The notes under the pieces: model-generated | Told to the model about the DNA's origin: nothing | What the model saw: only the letters and a program-made list of their open reading frames with translations | The model's database searches: none | Made by a program: the position numbers and the translations under genes | Shown: one piece after another, positions 1 through 13,967 of the stretch | Position numbering within the stretch: the first letter of the stretch is position 1 | Layout: each line of letters opens with the position of its first letter | Assembly (NCBI RefSeq): GCF_009914755.1 | Contig: NC_060933.1 | Length of the DNA: 64,000 bases | From: the human T2T-CHM13v2.0 reference genome, Homo sapiens | Strand: one strand, 5' to 3'

Positions 1-749
1 AACATCACTCAGGACTTCCAGCCATGCCACTAGTGGTGAATCTCAGCTTGGAGAACTCTGTGAGGCTGTGTGCCTCAAGACACACATGACTGGGGAGCAA
101 AACCCTGACACAGAGAAGTGTTCACCAGGTAAGGCTTTCATTTGGCATCTGTATGGGCTTCTCCTTTACTTGATGTCAGTCATTGTGTGGATAGACTCTG
201 AAAGGTTCTTGCCTGTTAGAGTGAGATGGACTTTTGAACAGTTACCAAATTTCTCCTGCACATTCACTGTCTTCTTAGGATACGCATTCAGATTTCTTCC
301 ACAGCGCCAAATACCTGTGACTCACTACAAAAGGAAAAACCCATGGGACCAAAACATGGTTTCTGATGGCATTTGCAACTTCTTGGCAACCTACCACCTG
401 ATTATTCTTTTTCTCTGATTGTGCTATATCAATAGTGACATTATTATCACTCTCCCACTAATTTATTCATGACTCACAAAGACTTGGGATCTACTATAGT
501 TCAGTTATTTTTTCTGAATCTTAAGGATTCAGTGGAGAAGAAAACAGAAATGGATCATGATTTCACACAATTTATAGTCTAGTGACTGAGACACAGATGA
601 ATAGAGATAATATATGAGCTGGCACCCCGGAAGGAAATTTCCTTAAAAGTTTTCAAATGAGGTTGAAGTTGAGAAAGGCAGGAAGGCATTACGAGAGAGA
701 GGGAGGAGAGAGAAAGAGACAGAGAAGAAAGTGGCCTGCTTTGTCTGGA

Positions 750-890
750 TTCCAGTTCTTTCTCCAACCCTTCTCTGTGTGTGACCTTGGACTAGTCACT
801 TGACCTCTCTGTGTCTCTATTTCCTCATCAGAAAGGTAAGGTAAATTGGGCTAGATGAGCTTTCAGATTCTTTATGCCTCTGACATGCCA
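750..890 (+). mobile_element. MIR SINE fragment
   Basis: MIR core gtgtgaccttggactagtcacttgacctctctgtgtctctatttcctcatc; boundaries approximate. Confidence 0.75.
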
Positions 891-1714
891 TACATTTAAT
901 ATAGGGAAATACATTTACCAACAATATCCAAATGTAAAAAGTGTGCAGGAAAAAACACCTATTCAAAGCAGGAGAATCTTATAGCTATTATAGTTATCTT
1001 TTATGTGTTTTCTGAAGTTCATGGAAGCTGTCCCTTTGTCGGTTTCCAAATGTTGTCAGCCTTATTTCCCTGCCTATGGCAACACATTTTAAATAGGGAT
1101 CAGTCTGTTGTATGAGTGATTTAAGTTGGGTGTAAGCAAGAAGTTCCTGCTTGTGCGGGACATTAAACTATTGAATTCATCCCCAAAGATTGTTGACTTC
1201 CCCTTTCAGAGTTTTAAAAGTAAGATGACTGTTTACCAGGGGCTCATTGTTCCACGTGAGAGAGCCTGGCTTTCCTGCCTCTCCTCAGGCTTCCTGGAGC
1301 TGCTCTTCTGATGGAGTTGTTCCTCTCCCTGGTTGTTTATAATGGATTCTAACAGAGGAGCTGGGAGCTGACAGGAGGGCCCGGGACCGGAGGGGGTCCC
1401 CCACCTCCCCAGCTGAGTCCTATCTCCAGCATTGCCACTCCTACCTTTTTTCCCAGGCCAAGCTCTGTGTTCTCCTGCTCGTCCCTCTTCTCAGTGTGCC
1501 TCCTGCCTCGCTGGGGGTAGGGAAATGACAGTCGGATCCATCACTGGGCTGGAGGCCAAGAGTGGCAATCCGTGAGGCTGAGGCTGGCCCAGTGCCCAGT
1601 TTTCAGACAAAGACAGGTTGGGAACCCCCCTGCAATGAAGAATCCACGGTTCCCTCCTCCCAGAGTCCTGCCTCTTGTTTCTTGGGTACTTTCTAGAACA
1701 CCACCCCCATCCTA

Positions 1715-1790
1715 GTGTGTGTGTGTGTGTGTGCGCGTATGTGCGTGCGTGTGCACGCATGTGTGTGTGTGTGAGATGGAGAGAGAGAGA
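1715..1790. repeat. Imperfect (TG)n/(GA)n microsatellite
   Basis: Directly visible alternating TG tract with CG/CA interruptions, followed by GA repeats. Confidence 0.95.
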
Positions 1791-2791
1791 TTGGTGGGGG
1801 GTAGATGAGGGGGGACTGAGAAGCAGGGAGGGAAGGAGAGAAAGGCTGGACAAATCTCGTGCTTGTAAGGGTACCAAGGATTGCTCATATACTACACACA
1901 CTCATGGAAATAAATCATGTTTTTAGGGGGAAAATAAGATAGCTGAAAGCAGAGGAAGCCCAAGTCAATTGCAGGTCCAGATTTCAAGCTTCCAAATACA
2001 TCACCATCAGAAAGAAACGCTGGGTGCTAAATAGTCTTACGTGTGACCATCTCAACGCTTCCTGTGTGTATCAGAAAATCGTTGATCCTGAGAGAGCATG
2101 AAACACCAGAGAACAACGCATTATTTTCAGAATTCTTGTAACCACAAAATGTTTTAACAGTTTACATTTTCGAGAGTAAACTGCCTGGAGTGATTTTCCC
2201 CCTTGCTTATTAATGAATTCTATTTAACCAAGTCAGAAATCTTGCTGTGGGGAAAGCTGGAAAGGGGGTGGTGGAGGTGGAGAGGGGTTGTTGGTTGGTG
2301 GTTTAATTTTAATTTTTTTTGCCTGAAGGCACCATTAGAAAACTCCAGATGCAAAGCTTTCTAATAGAATTCCTCATCTGACACAGCCCCCTGGAATACA
2401 CGGGCCTAACCTTTACGATCTGGTGGGCCAGGCCTCTATTTGGAAACCTCGTGAGCGGGGGCTGATCCATTAATGATAATGTGTAATAACAAAGAGCCGG
2501 GAGAACAGCTGAAGGCCTGGGGCGGCAGAGAATGAGGGCTCTGCATGTAGAAAGAGGGGTGGCAACAGGACGCCCGAGGAAGAGGGACATGGGGTGGAGA
2601 GAGGGATTGCTGAGTACTGGAGAGCCTGGGAACGCCCCCAATGACCACATTTTCTCTTACCATCACATTAAGATTCTGAGGTTTTAAGAAAGAAAAGTGT
2701 CGGCCGGAAGGAGCCCAGTTAGCATTCTGGATTTATGGCCAACAGGGTTCTAACCAATCCCTGTGGAGCTACTTTTTGTTAAGAAGTTTCA

Positions 2792-3255
<464 letters not shown>

Positions 3256-5654
3256 ACTTTGGCCACCCCAGATGTGGGAGTGAGCTTCCCTGAGCCTCAG
3301 GCCAGAAAGAGGGGGTGCCAGGAGAGCTGGCACATGCTGAGCCCCAGAAGTGGCCTGAGGTTGAGGGACTGGGCTCTGTTTATGAGAAGTGGTCAGGGCC
3401 AAGGGGTGAGTTGGACACCAGATGGGCCAGAGTGCCTCAGGGTCCGGACAGGTGGTTCCAATTCCAGAGATAGGGACATGATAGGGGCATGTGAGGAAAA
3501 CAAGTAGAGAGGCAAAAACACGGTGTAAGGGTTGAAAACACCCCCGAGGCGGAAGCCGTTTGCCCCAGTTTTGGGTTGGCACATTGCCTTTTCTGCCCTA
3601 TATGAACCAATATCTCAGTCAATTTCGTCAGGAGCTAAGTAGGCAGGGCAGGAGAAGAACTTTGGGGTGGGAATTGGAAGGAGAGGGGGTGGCTGAGCCA
3701 CATGGGAGCTGGAAGTCCTTCCTCAAAGCCCTCCTCTGTAGAACGATCCAGGCATTTGGCTCACCAGGTGGACCTACTTTTTGTCTAGATTTGTTCTTAT
3801 AGTGGTGACAATGAGCTTGCTCTGAAAATGGCTGAGCCCTCACATGCATGAGGCACCTGGTGTGAGCTGGGGTGGGGCTGGGGCAGTCTACCGCCACAGA
3901 GCTCTGCAAGGGGCCAGCTGTGTCTTCCTCATCTTGTCTCCCACATGCTTCACCTTAGCACCTAGGACAGAGCACACGCTGACTAGATTGAAATATTGAA
4001 TTGGCCTGGGTGTGATCCAGAATCCCTGAAGTGCGGTCTAATTTTAGAGCTGCAGAAGGAGCTGATACCAATCGAAGGGCTCTTTAATTGGCCTATTTTT
4101 TTTATGGTTAGGTGTTTTGTTATTGGTGATTTTAATTTTGCCTCTTCTGAAGTACATTTCACAAATATACTTGTTGAATTACACAGGGTCTATGTCCAAT
4201 TTCAACCTTCTCAATGAATGTCAAAAATCACTAGAGCCACAATCTCTCCTGATTAAAGCGGGGCTATGAAATAAACAAGCACATCACTGATCAGAAAGAG
4301 ACTGCTGTCCAACTGATCAGACCTTGATAATCTTGTGATTCAAAAATACATGAAAATACTATTTGCATCCCCTGATAACAATGCCTCAGTCACTTGAGAG
4401 TGAGAGAGAAACCAGGGAACTGGATAATGCAATGAAATGAATAGAGAATTAACACTACATTACGTGTTCATGTTTCATTCTGCTTTGTTCATGATGAAGT
4501 TTATAATCTGGGAACATTCATTTATCCCCCTTTGCCTCATTGACTTTAAAAAGAATAATAAACCTGCTCTTTTTCTACTACACAAAGGTATTAAGAGAAA
4601 AATGTGAAATATGCAGAACAGTTTGAAAGGTGTTGTGTAGAACATACAACTGCAATTTTTCTTACTATTATCATCATTATGACAGCCATTCCTGATATGG
4701 AAGATAGATATTAGGTTTATAAGATGAAGCCAGATTTTTACCCTAGGTAGCCCTAGAACTATAAAGATATCTTGGATAAAAAAACCTGGACCCTTGACAG
4801 CTTTCCCTTAATTATCATCAATTCTTTGAGTGGGTTCAAAAAAAAAAAAAAAAAAGGAGAGAGAAAACAAAAAAAAAAATCGGACGGAAAACCAGCCTAA
4901 TTGAATGTAGGATAAACTATTCATTAGCAAGCTAAATAGCTACGACATTTAATAACCTGTAGTGCCTCATGGAAAACCAAGACATTGCCAAAAGTAATTG
5001 AAGTTTGTGATTCTCCAAACTGTTATTTAAAGCAGGATTTGGCAAGGCTCAGTGGGTCTGCGCCGATTTTAATTGCATTTTTAAAATTCAGGATGGAGAT
5101 TTCGTTTCTTTTCTCATTATTTGTGTAGTGAAGTCCCTTTATGGTGAACGTGCTTATAGTGAAACCTTATGCGGTGATTTTTAAAGTTCAAAGCATGTGG
5201 GATCCATCTATATCAAAACCCATACTTTATGTTCTGACCTTTTAACTGATTAATTCCCAGTTGCATATAGCCCAGAATTCTTTCTTTTTCTTCTTCCTCT
5301 TTTTTTTTTTCCTGCCTGTCATCTAACAAGGCAGTCTCAACCCTTATTACTATGACAAGCAGCTTCCTGGGGGGTCAAGATGGGCTTGACCTCAGGAGAG
5401 GGCCTCCTCCAGTGGTGAGTGAATGGGCCGTGGAAGAGAATCACCAAGTGGTCATGTCTGCCTATGGAATAAGCAGTAGTTGCTATCCATCCCTAGCCAT
5501 AGACACCCAGAGACCATTAAATATATACAATGCATTTATTACAGACCCTTTGTACAGTACACTTACGAGAGGCAACTATGATTGTATTACCCTCAAGGGC
5601 TTATTACAAGGGCTTCTCTGCTCCCTTGTAATTTCCCATGAATGATTGTTTTAA

Positions 5655-5880
5655 AATAGCTACCATTTGTTGAGCACATAGTAATACGGCAGGCACTGTG
5701 CTAAACACTTCACAGGAATTAGGTCATTTCATCCTCAGGAGAACCTTCGGTATGATTTTCTTCATCATACCAAGGTGCAGAGTTGGTGAAGGAGCTTGCT
5801 CAGGATCACACAGGCAGAGCTGCCAGGGCTGGGACTGGAGCCTAGGAGGCTAACTCTGGGTCCACCTCGCTTAATCACCA
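5655..5880 (-). mobile_element. MIR SINE
   Basis: atagctaccatttgttgagcac...aggcactgtgctaaacacttcaca...cttgctcaggatcacacag is the reverse complement of the MIR consensus. Confidence 0.8.
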
Positions 5881-6137
5881 CCCTCTCCTAATCACCACCC
5901 TCTCCTACAATGCTGGTTAGTGTGCTGGGCCCCATGTGTGAAATTTTCTGATATTCTCCCCACTAAAATTTCTGTCTCCTGTGTCTTATCACACAGGAAC
6001 ATGCATCTCTGATTGCTTTAGTTTCCCACCTTGTAAAAGAGGTTACCTAATAATATCTTCCACAAGGGGTCGTTGAGAGGATCAAATGAGCAAGAGCAAA
6101 AAATGCATTTGACAAAATGTCCAGTAAAACACGGCCA

Positions 6138-6528
6138 TGTATTAGTCCGCTAGGGCCGCCATAACAAAGCACTACCACTGGGTGGCTTCAACAGCAGAGA
6201 CCGATCGCCTCACAGTTCTAGAGGCTACAAGGAGCTAGCAGGGCTGGTTCCTTCTGAGGGCTGGGAGGGAAAATCTGTCCCAGGCCTCTCCCCAAGCTGC
6301 AGGTTTGCTGGTAATCTTTGGCGGTCCCTGGCTTGGCATCACTCTAATCTCTGTCTTCATCTTTGCGTGTGTGTGTCTGTCTCCGTGTCAGACTTTGCCT
6401 TTTGATAGGACACTAGTTCTATAAAACTTGATTATCTCTGTAAAGACTCTCTGAATAAGGTCACATTCTGAGGATCTGGGGGTTCAAGTCCAACATACCT
6501 TTTTGAGGGGACACGGCTTAACCCATAA
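6138..6528 (-). mobile_element. MLT1 (B/C-like) MaLR solo LTR, inserted in a MIR remnant
   Basis: tgtattagtccgctagggccgccataacaaag...aataaggtcacattctgagg...aacccataa are typical MLT1 termini; MIR-like sequence at ~6010-6135. Confidence 0.85.
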
Positions 6529-6959
6529 ACCATGAGCTGCTATTTTTATTAGTAACAACGGTATCACTAATGTGTATAACTAGAACATGTTTTTCTATCA
6601 GGTATAGTGTTTGCAGTCTGCGGAAGGCTATTATGCACAAGGCTTTGACCCAGGGCCACACTTGCGACATGGCCAATCCCAAGTGTGGTGGCAGGCAAAT
6701 CTTTCACAGATCTTTAAATCTAACCCAACCCCCCACCCGCCCCCCCGCCATGACTCTTCTGCCTATATGTGGTGTTGCTTCTGTCCTTCCCAGAGTGCAG
6801 GACAGTGGGAGGCCGACTCACAGAGCTTTGGGAAAGGAAGGTCAAGGTTCACAGCTAACTATGGCAGTGCTGAGGGTGATCAGTCGGGCAGTGCCAAATT
6901 TTTCTTCTTGTGTGTCATCTGAATGATCATCTCCGTTCTCCTTCTTGGCAGTCTCCATG

Positions 6960-7790
6960 TTACCCACCTCCATCCTCCATCCTCAGCTATTACTTCCTAT
7001 AGATGGGCTTCCAAACCAATGCCTTCATCTGAAGCTTCTCTCAAAAAACATGATGCCATATTTCTAATTAGCTATCCAGCCTCTTCACTGACTGTCTCAT
7101 AGGCATCTCAGGTTCACTGTCCAAACTGAAGTCAGGTGTCTCCCACCCACCTGCCCTTCTTCTTCCACATCACCTATCTCAGGTAAAGGCACTGCCATTC
7201 CTCAAGCTTCATGAGCCAGATGAAAACTGCGATGCCATCCTCAGTCCCTTTCTAAGCCATGCTTCTCCATTCCATTTATTCTAACCTGGCCCCAATTGCA
7301 ATACATCCTCCTCTTAACACTCTCGGAGATATCTCTTCATCTTTACTTCCCAATTATTTTAATCCAGGCATTTGGCATTCTTGCCTTCCTATTTTTGCCT
7401 GTGGTCTCACCCTTTAATTTTCCACATGTACAAAGTTATCATTCTAAAATATAAATCTAGTGGCTTAAATCTCACAATAGACTGTAATATCCGTGAAGAC
7501 AGAAACTGACTTACAGATGTGGACATATTCTCACTGCTGAGCATACTGTCTACCTAACATGTGGGAGGTCCTCAATTAATATTTACTGTATGAAAAAAGA
7601 ACAGAAAATAAAAATTTCTGTCACTGTCCATTGTCCACAAAGTCCAAACTGTTAAACAAAACATCAAAGGCTCTTCAGTGTGTGTCCCCAAACTATTTTT
7701 CTGGTAATATTTTCTACCTCTGTTCAATCCCTCATACTAAGATCAGCTAAGCAAAATTATTTGTCATTTTCTAAGCATATTTATGATTTT
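6960..7790 (+). mobile_element. L2 LINE fragments
   Basis: gtctcataggcatctcaggttcactgtccaaactgaa and the L2 3'-end-like ggtcctcaattaatatttactg. Confidence 0.7.
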
Positions 7791-7819
7791 CATGGCCCTA
7801 ATCATGCGAAAGTACATAT

Positions 7820-8015
7820 TTGATGTGTCAGTTTGAGATGCCAATGAAAGATCCAAATTGAGATATCAAATATGCTGTTAGGTACATGAACCAGGAACTC
7901 ACAAGAGAGGCTTAGGGTTAGAGTAAGAGGTTTGGAAGCTGCAATATATAGATGATGTTAAAACCAAGACAATGAAAGAACACACCTAGGGAGAGAGTGT
8001 AGATTTTAGAAGAGT
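7820..8015 (-). mobile_element. L2 LINE fragment
   Basis: gtttgagatgccaatgaaagatccaaattgagatatcaaata...cacctagggagagagtgtaga. Confidence 0.7.
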
Positions 8016-8419
8016 ATTCAGAAATTCAACATAGATCATCAAACCAGATATAGAGTTTTAGGTAACGGTAAGTCATTCAAATGGCACTCTCTAGAAGGTA
8101 ATGGCTAGAAAAAATTGACACTTGGGCTGCTTGATGGAAAGCAATAAAAATAGAGTTTTGAAAGTCATAAGCATAATGGTAATTGTTGAAACTCTGAGAA
8201 TGGATGAGCTTCTAAATAAGAGTGAATTATCCCTGAAGGTGTTACTTATACTCATGCCAGAGAGAAAGATTTGTTTTCATGATTAGATGTTGAAAGACTC
8301 AGAAATGTATCGGGGGAAAAGAAAACGCAAGTCTTACGTGATATAGCCAACACTTCCTTATCCAGCCATTTAACATTTACCAAATTTTGTCCTTATCCCC
8401 GTTTACTCTTTGACTTTTA

Positions 8420-11400
8420 AAAAATTGTGAAATATGTCAGAAGAATATAAAAACATATGTACATCATTAATAATTTAGACAAGAAAAATAAGCTTAACCA
8501 AGTTAAAACAGAATATTACAAGGACTGTAGAGACCCTTTTTGTGCACTATCTGCCTTCTCCAAGAGGCAACTAATATCCTCACTTACATGATAATCATTC
8601 CTCTGTTTTTCTTTCTTGTCTTACCACCTATGTATACATTCCTCAATCATAGATTGTTCAACTGTGCTTGCTTTTGAACTTTATATAAATGGAACAATAC
8701 AGTATGTGTTCTTCTGTGGCTCGCTTTCTATACTCATGATATGTTTGTGAGCTTCGTCCATGTTGATGTGTATAGTTGTAGTATGTGTATTTTCAGTGCC
8801 GTATGGTGCTTTCTGGCCCCAACTATTTGTTGCTGGTATATAGGAATGTAGTTGATTTTTCTGTATTGGTTTTTGTTTGGCAAACTTGCCAAACTCTTTT
8901 ATTAATTCTGATAATTAACCTGTATATTTTGGGGGTTTTCTATTTTGATAATCATACATATCATTGCAAATAGTGATAATTTTAATCATTTCTATTTTTT
9001 TATTATTGTGATGGCTAGAATCTACAGTACAAGTTTGAAGGAAAGGAGTGATAGCAGGCATTTTTATCTTTTTCCTGATCTTCAAGAGAGTGTTCTTACC
9101 ATTACTATCATTAACTATAATATTTACTGTAAGTTTTTATAGATGCCTTTTATTGGGTTAAGGAAGTTACCTCCTATTGCCAGTTGGCATAAGAAATTTT
9201 GATCTTTTTTAGAATTTAGATCATAAAATGAGTATTAAATTTTAGCAAATACTCTGGCTTCTATTTAGATGATCATTCAACTTTTCTCCTTTAATCTGTC
9301 AATGTGCACATTAATTTCCAAATTTACAAGTTTTAATTTTCAAATATTAAACCAAACTTGCATTTCTGAAATTAGTCTAATTTGGTCATTATGTTCTATT
9401 CTTTTGGAGCATTGCTGGTTTGGTTTTATGAAATTTTGTTTAGGATTTATGCTGTGTTCTCGAATGAGATTAACCTGACACTATTTATTGTTTTATATAC
9501 CCAATACTTATTTCTATTCATTTACATATTTGTCACTTTTCATTCTCTTCTTTTCTTCTTGCATCTTTGATGTTTGATTGGGGAACATTTTCTTGATGCC
9601 TAAATAACATCCTTTAGAATAGCCATTAGAGAGTTTTCTGGTAACACACTGGCTCAGATTTTGTGTGTATGAAAATATATTGATTTAATCTTCATTTCTG
9701 AAGTATATTTCCACTAGGCATAGAATTCCAGGTTCTCTCAGCATGTTGGAGATATAATCGCACTCTCTTCCAGCTTTCATTGCTGAGATAGGTGCTTTCA
9801 GACTGATGCTCACCCGAAGAACGTGCCTTTGCTGTCTGGCTCCTTTTAAGGTAATTTCCTCATTTTGATTTTGGTTTTGTTTGTATGTTATGTTTTCAGT
9901 TTCACAATAGTGTGTCTAAGTATGGATTTCTTTTTAATTATACTGTTTAGGATTAACTGGGTTTGAATCTATGGGTTGGAACATTGTATCAGTTCTGAAA
10001 AATCCTTAGCCATTATCTCTTCAGATACTGTCTCTGCTTAATTCCCCTTGTCTTATCCTTCTGGGATTCCAGTCCAACCTACATTACGTGTTCTCATTAC
10101 ACCCCACATGTCTGTGTCTTGGTTTATTTTTACTATTGTTTTGTTATCTTATGCTTCTTTCTGGATAATTTCTACAGATCTCTTTTACAGTTCACAAATT
10201 TTCTTTTCAGCTTTCATTACTCTACTGTCAAACTCATCCATTTCATTTCTTTCCTGTAAAACATCTACTTTTGGTTTGTAGCAGCCAGTGAAAATTTATG
10301 TGTGTCATATATATAATAATATGACTTGAAAACAGTATAATCATACATTTTAAAATCATACTTAAAAATTATGTAGTGAACACTAACAATATCCGGGCCC
10401 ATACTAGCTACATAAATATATTCTGTCTCTTAAATAAATGAACGTATTATTATGTAATTTTAAAGACATCACAAGAGTACAGGGAATAGTATTAATAAAA
10501 ACAACTTCTGCGCATTACTCAACTTTAATAATCATCATTTTAACAATCTTATTTTATCTTTCTCTACCTACACACTTGGTAAACACATTTTTTCTTAGAA
10601 AAATTTTCAAACAAATCTCAGATATCACATAATTCCATCTGAAATAACATTTCCCCTGAAAATACCTTAGTAGTCATCTCTAATGGATAAGAACATCTAT
10701 ATTTATGCAGAACCAACATGCTTTTATCACATATGAATAAACCAACACAGAAATTCCTTATATGCTTGAGGTATTTTTATCATAAGAATCTTATATTTCA
10801 TAGGTTCAATGTAGTTCTTTGAAAGTCTGTTTGGTTATGTTTTATAGTTTATTGTTTCTGTTTCATATTTTCAAGTTTGCAATTTATTTCTTTAATATTA
10901 CACATAATTTTTTAATAGCCTGTGTCTGAAACTTCCACGACCTGAAGTCCTTATGAATCCATGTCTGCTCTGTTTGTTTTTAGCTATTGCTCATGGTGCA
11001 TTATTTCCTTGTGCATTTAGTAAAGTTTTATTGCAGTATGCTCCGTATTCTCAGAATTGTATTCATGGGAGTTCTTTAGAGCTTGGAAAGAAGATGTGTT
11101 CTTTAGAGAGGATCTACATTTATTTCTATCATTCACCCGGTGGTACAATTAGTGTGGGGTCACTCTCCATTAAATTCTTGGCTTGAGGTTTTTAAAACCA
11201 CTAAATGAGTGTGAATTCAGGCTGTAAATCTCAGACAAACTGTGGCTATAAGTTCTCAGTAGTGATTTCTTTTTCTATTCTCACCTTAACTCCGCATTCA
11301 CCACATTCACCATTAAAAGCAGTATATTTTCTTTGTAGTTTTCTGGTTGAGAGTGGGAGTGAAGAGAAATAGCTGCATTATTTCTAGTTCACTTTTATTC

Positions 11401-11690
11401 TGAGAGTATAATTCTTTGGGATACAGGCATGTGGACTCCCTACCTTGGTGGGCTCTGGGATTTATGTCCCATTCCCTGTATCTTAGAAGTCATAAAAACA
11501 AGAGTTCATGTTCATTTGTTTCAACAAATGATCCCAGTTCCTAGGCTGAAAGTTCTTTTCTTTTTTCAGAGTTCATTGATCGATTTAAGATGATGCTTTT
11601 TCACATATTTAGACAAGTTTTTAAATTATGCATAGAAGGAAGGCTGATCAAGGTACCTACCCTGAAATTGGAAGTCCTCTATTGATACTT
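8420..11690 (-). mobile_element. Mosaic of ancient L1M (L1MC/ME-type) fragments
   Basis: T-rich antisense L1 motifs, e.g. ttgctggtatataggaatgtagttgatttt, ggaaaggagtgatagcaggcat, aaaatccttagccattatctcttcagatactg; an L1MC-like 3' end is embedded at ~10440-10770. Confidence 0.8.
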
Positions 11691-12979
11691 TAGCCTATAC
11701 TGATCTGGCTTTCTATCAATGAAGTTATAGAAAACTTGACTGAGAATCAAAAAAGTATATAACTTGTGGTTTGACCATATATGTAACCATAGATGGGATT
11801 GAGAAAAAGTCTCGTTCTTTGCAAACATTATACAGTGTGAAAATATGGATCACAGAAAAGTGACTGTCAATTAAAGCAAAATCAATTCTTGGGGACTGAG
11901 CTCATTGTACACAAAATTAGTCACTTGTATTATGTATAACTTAACTATGTCATATGAATCTGTCTTAATGTCCTCAATAAACTGATGCTTCCTGGAAGAT
12001 TTTTCATTCTTCATTAAGTTTCTATCTTGCGGTATCTATAGTGGTAGGCATAATTATTGGCTGAAATAAGGAACTAAATGATTGCATCCAAAAAAAATTT
12101 TTATTTAAAATCTGAATTGATTTAACTATTTATATATTCTAAGAGTTGAAAGGGATTGTCATAATTCCCATGAGAGTGGCAGTAATATTTCTCCAGTGCT
12201 TCCTTTTTCTTAAAAAACCTAGTTGGGATGGAGAAGGTGCTATTCAGAGGAAATGCTTTATTGTCTATCAAAGGATTTTAACGAATCTTTGGATTTGCAA
12301 AGGGAAAGCCAAAGCTAAGTGTGGGAATAAGGCTGGAAACAAATGGAGTGTACTGAATAAGACAAGGGTAGGACTTTTATTTTCTCTTGAAAGAGGGGCA
12401 AATAAGAAATAGAGTGGGAGCACAGAGCTGTGTAGGGTGGTAACAGCACAGCAAGCAAGGTGGGTAAAGAACTTGTCATCCCATGGATAGCTGGTATCTA
12501 ATACTCGACGTTAAGATTTTTATGTTTTTGCAATATTCCCATTCATTTTTCCAACCTCCAGCAATGTCTGCTACACCTGCGTAAATCTTGCATAAGTGAG
12601 GATTGGGAGATAGAGGGATATGCATACAAATCAAAGAAAGGGAGTTGCTCCCAGTTTGAGTCAATGCTAGGGTAGAATAAAGGAAGAGCACTATGAGACA
12701 GTGAAGAAAAGGAAGTTGCTGGGATGGATGATCAAAGATTGAAGGTTACCATGAAACTTTAAGTTCCTGAAAAATTTGATGCAATTTGATGCAATTTAAT
12801 TCCCAGACCTTAAAGGGCAGGATATTTGTATATAATACTGTATCATTACTAATATTTTCTACTAATATTTAATGGCATCAGAAAGTTGCTTCAATGTTCA
12901 GAAGTCAGTCGTTAGTGTCAGGGTCCAACCAAAGTCTCATAATTCCCCCAACATTTTATTTCCCCAACTATGCTTCAAG

Positions 12980-13154
12980 CGGTGATTCTCAAACTTATAT
13001 GCACATTGGAATCATTGAGAGAGCTAAAACCTACTGATGCCTATGCACCACTCCACATATTCTGATTTAATTGGCCTAAGATGGAACCTGGGCTTCAGGA
13101 CTTTAAACATCTCCTCAAATGAGTTCAATTTGCAGGCAAAGTTGAGGATCACTG
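12980..13154. mobile_element. MER5A-like hAT-Charlie non-autonomous DNA transposon
   Basis: Terminal inverted repeats (TIRs) cggtgattctcaaactt / aagttgaggatcactg; internal attctgatttaattggcct; degenerate 8-bp TSD gcttcaag/gcataaag. Confidence 0.85.
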
Positions 13155-13304
13155 GCATAAAGCTATAATAGCATTCTAAAGACAGTCGGAAATATTCAAA
13201 TGAGATGGTAAAAAGCAATAGAGAATGCATGAGTTGAAAGTGTGATCATAAAGGAAGTTAAATTTGTTGAAATGCATCATTTTTTATCATATAATCCCTG
13301 TTCA

Positions 13305-13667
<363 letters not shown>

Positions 13668-13967
13668 TTTTTTTTTAAAAAAATTATTATACTCTCAGTT
13701 ATAGGGTACATGTTCACAATGTGCAGGTTTGTTACCTAGGTATACATGTGCCATGTTGGTTTGCTGCACCCATTAACTCATCATTTACATTAGTTATTTC
13801 TCTTAATGCTATCCCTCCCCCAGCCCCCTACACTCCGACAGGCCCCGGTGTGTGATGTTCCGCTCCCTGTGTCCATGTGTTCTCTTTGTTCAATTCCCAC
13901 CGATGAGTGACAACATGCGGTGTTTGGTTTTCTGTCCTTGTGATACTTTGCTAAGAATGATGGTTTC
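13668..13967 (-). mobile_element. L1PA (about PA7-like) 3' end, severely 5'-truncated
   Basis: Antisense L1 3'UTR: gggtacatgt...gtgcaggtttgttac...ctaagaatgatggtttc. Confidence 0.92.

Noticed and set aside
4830-4879. GGTTC followed by poly(A) as a tRNA- or small-RNA-derived retrocopy
   Set aside because: No A-box, cloverleaf or TSD; treated as simple poly(A) runs.
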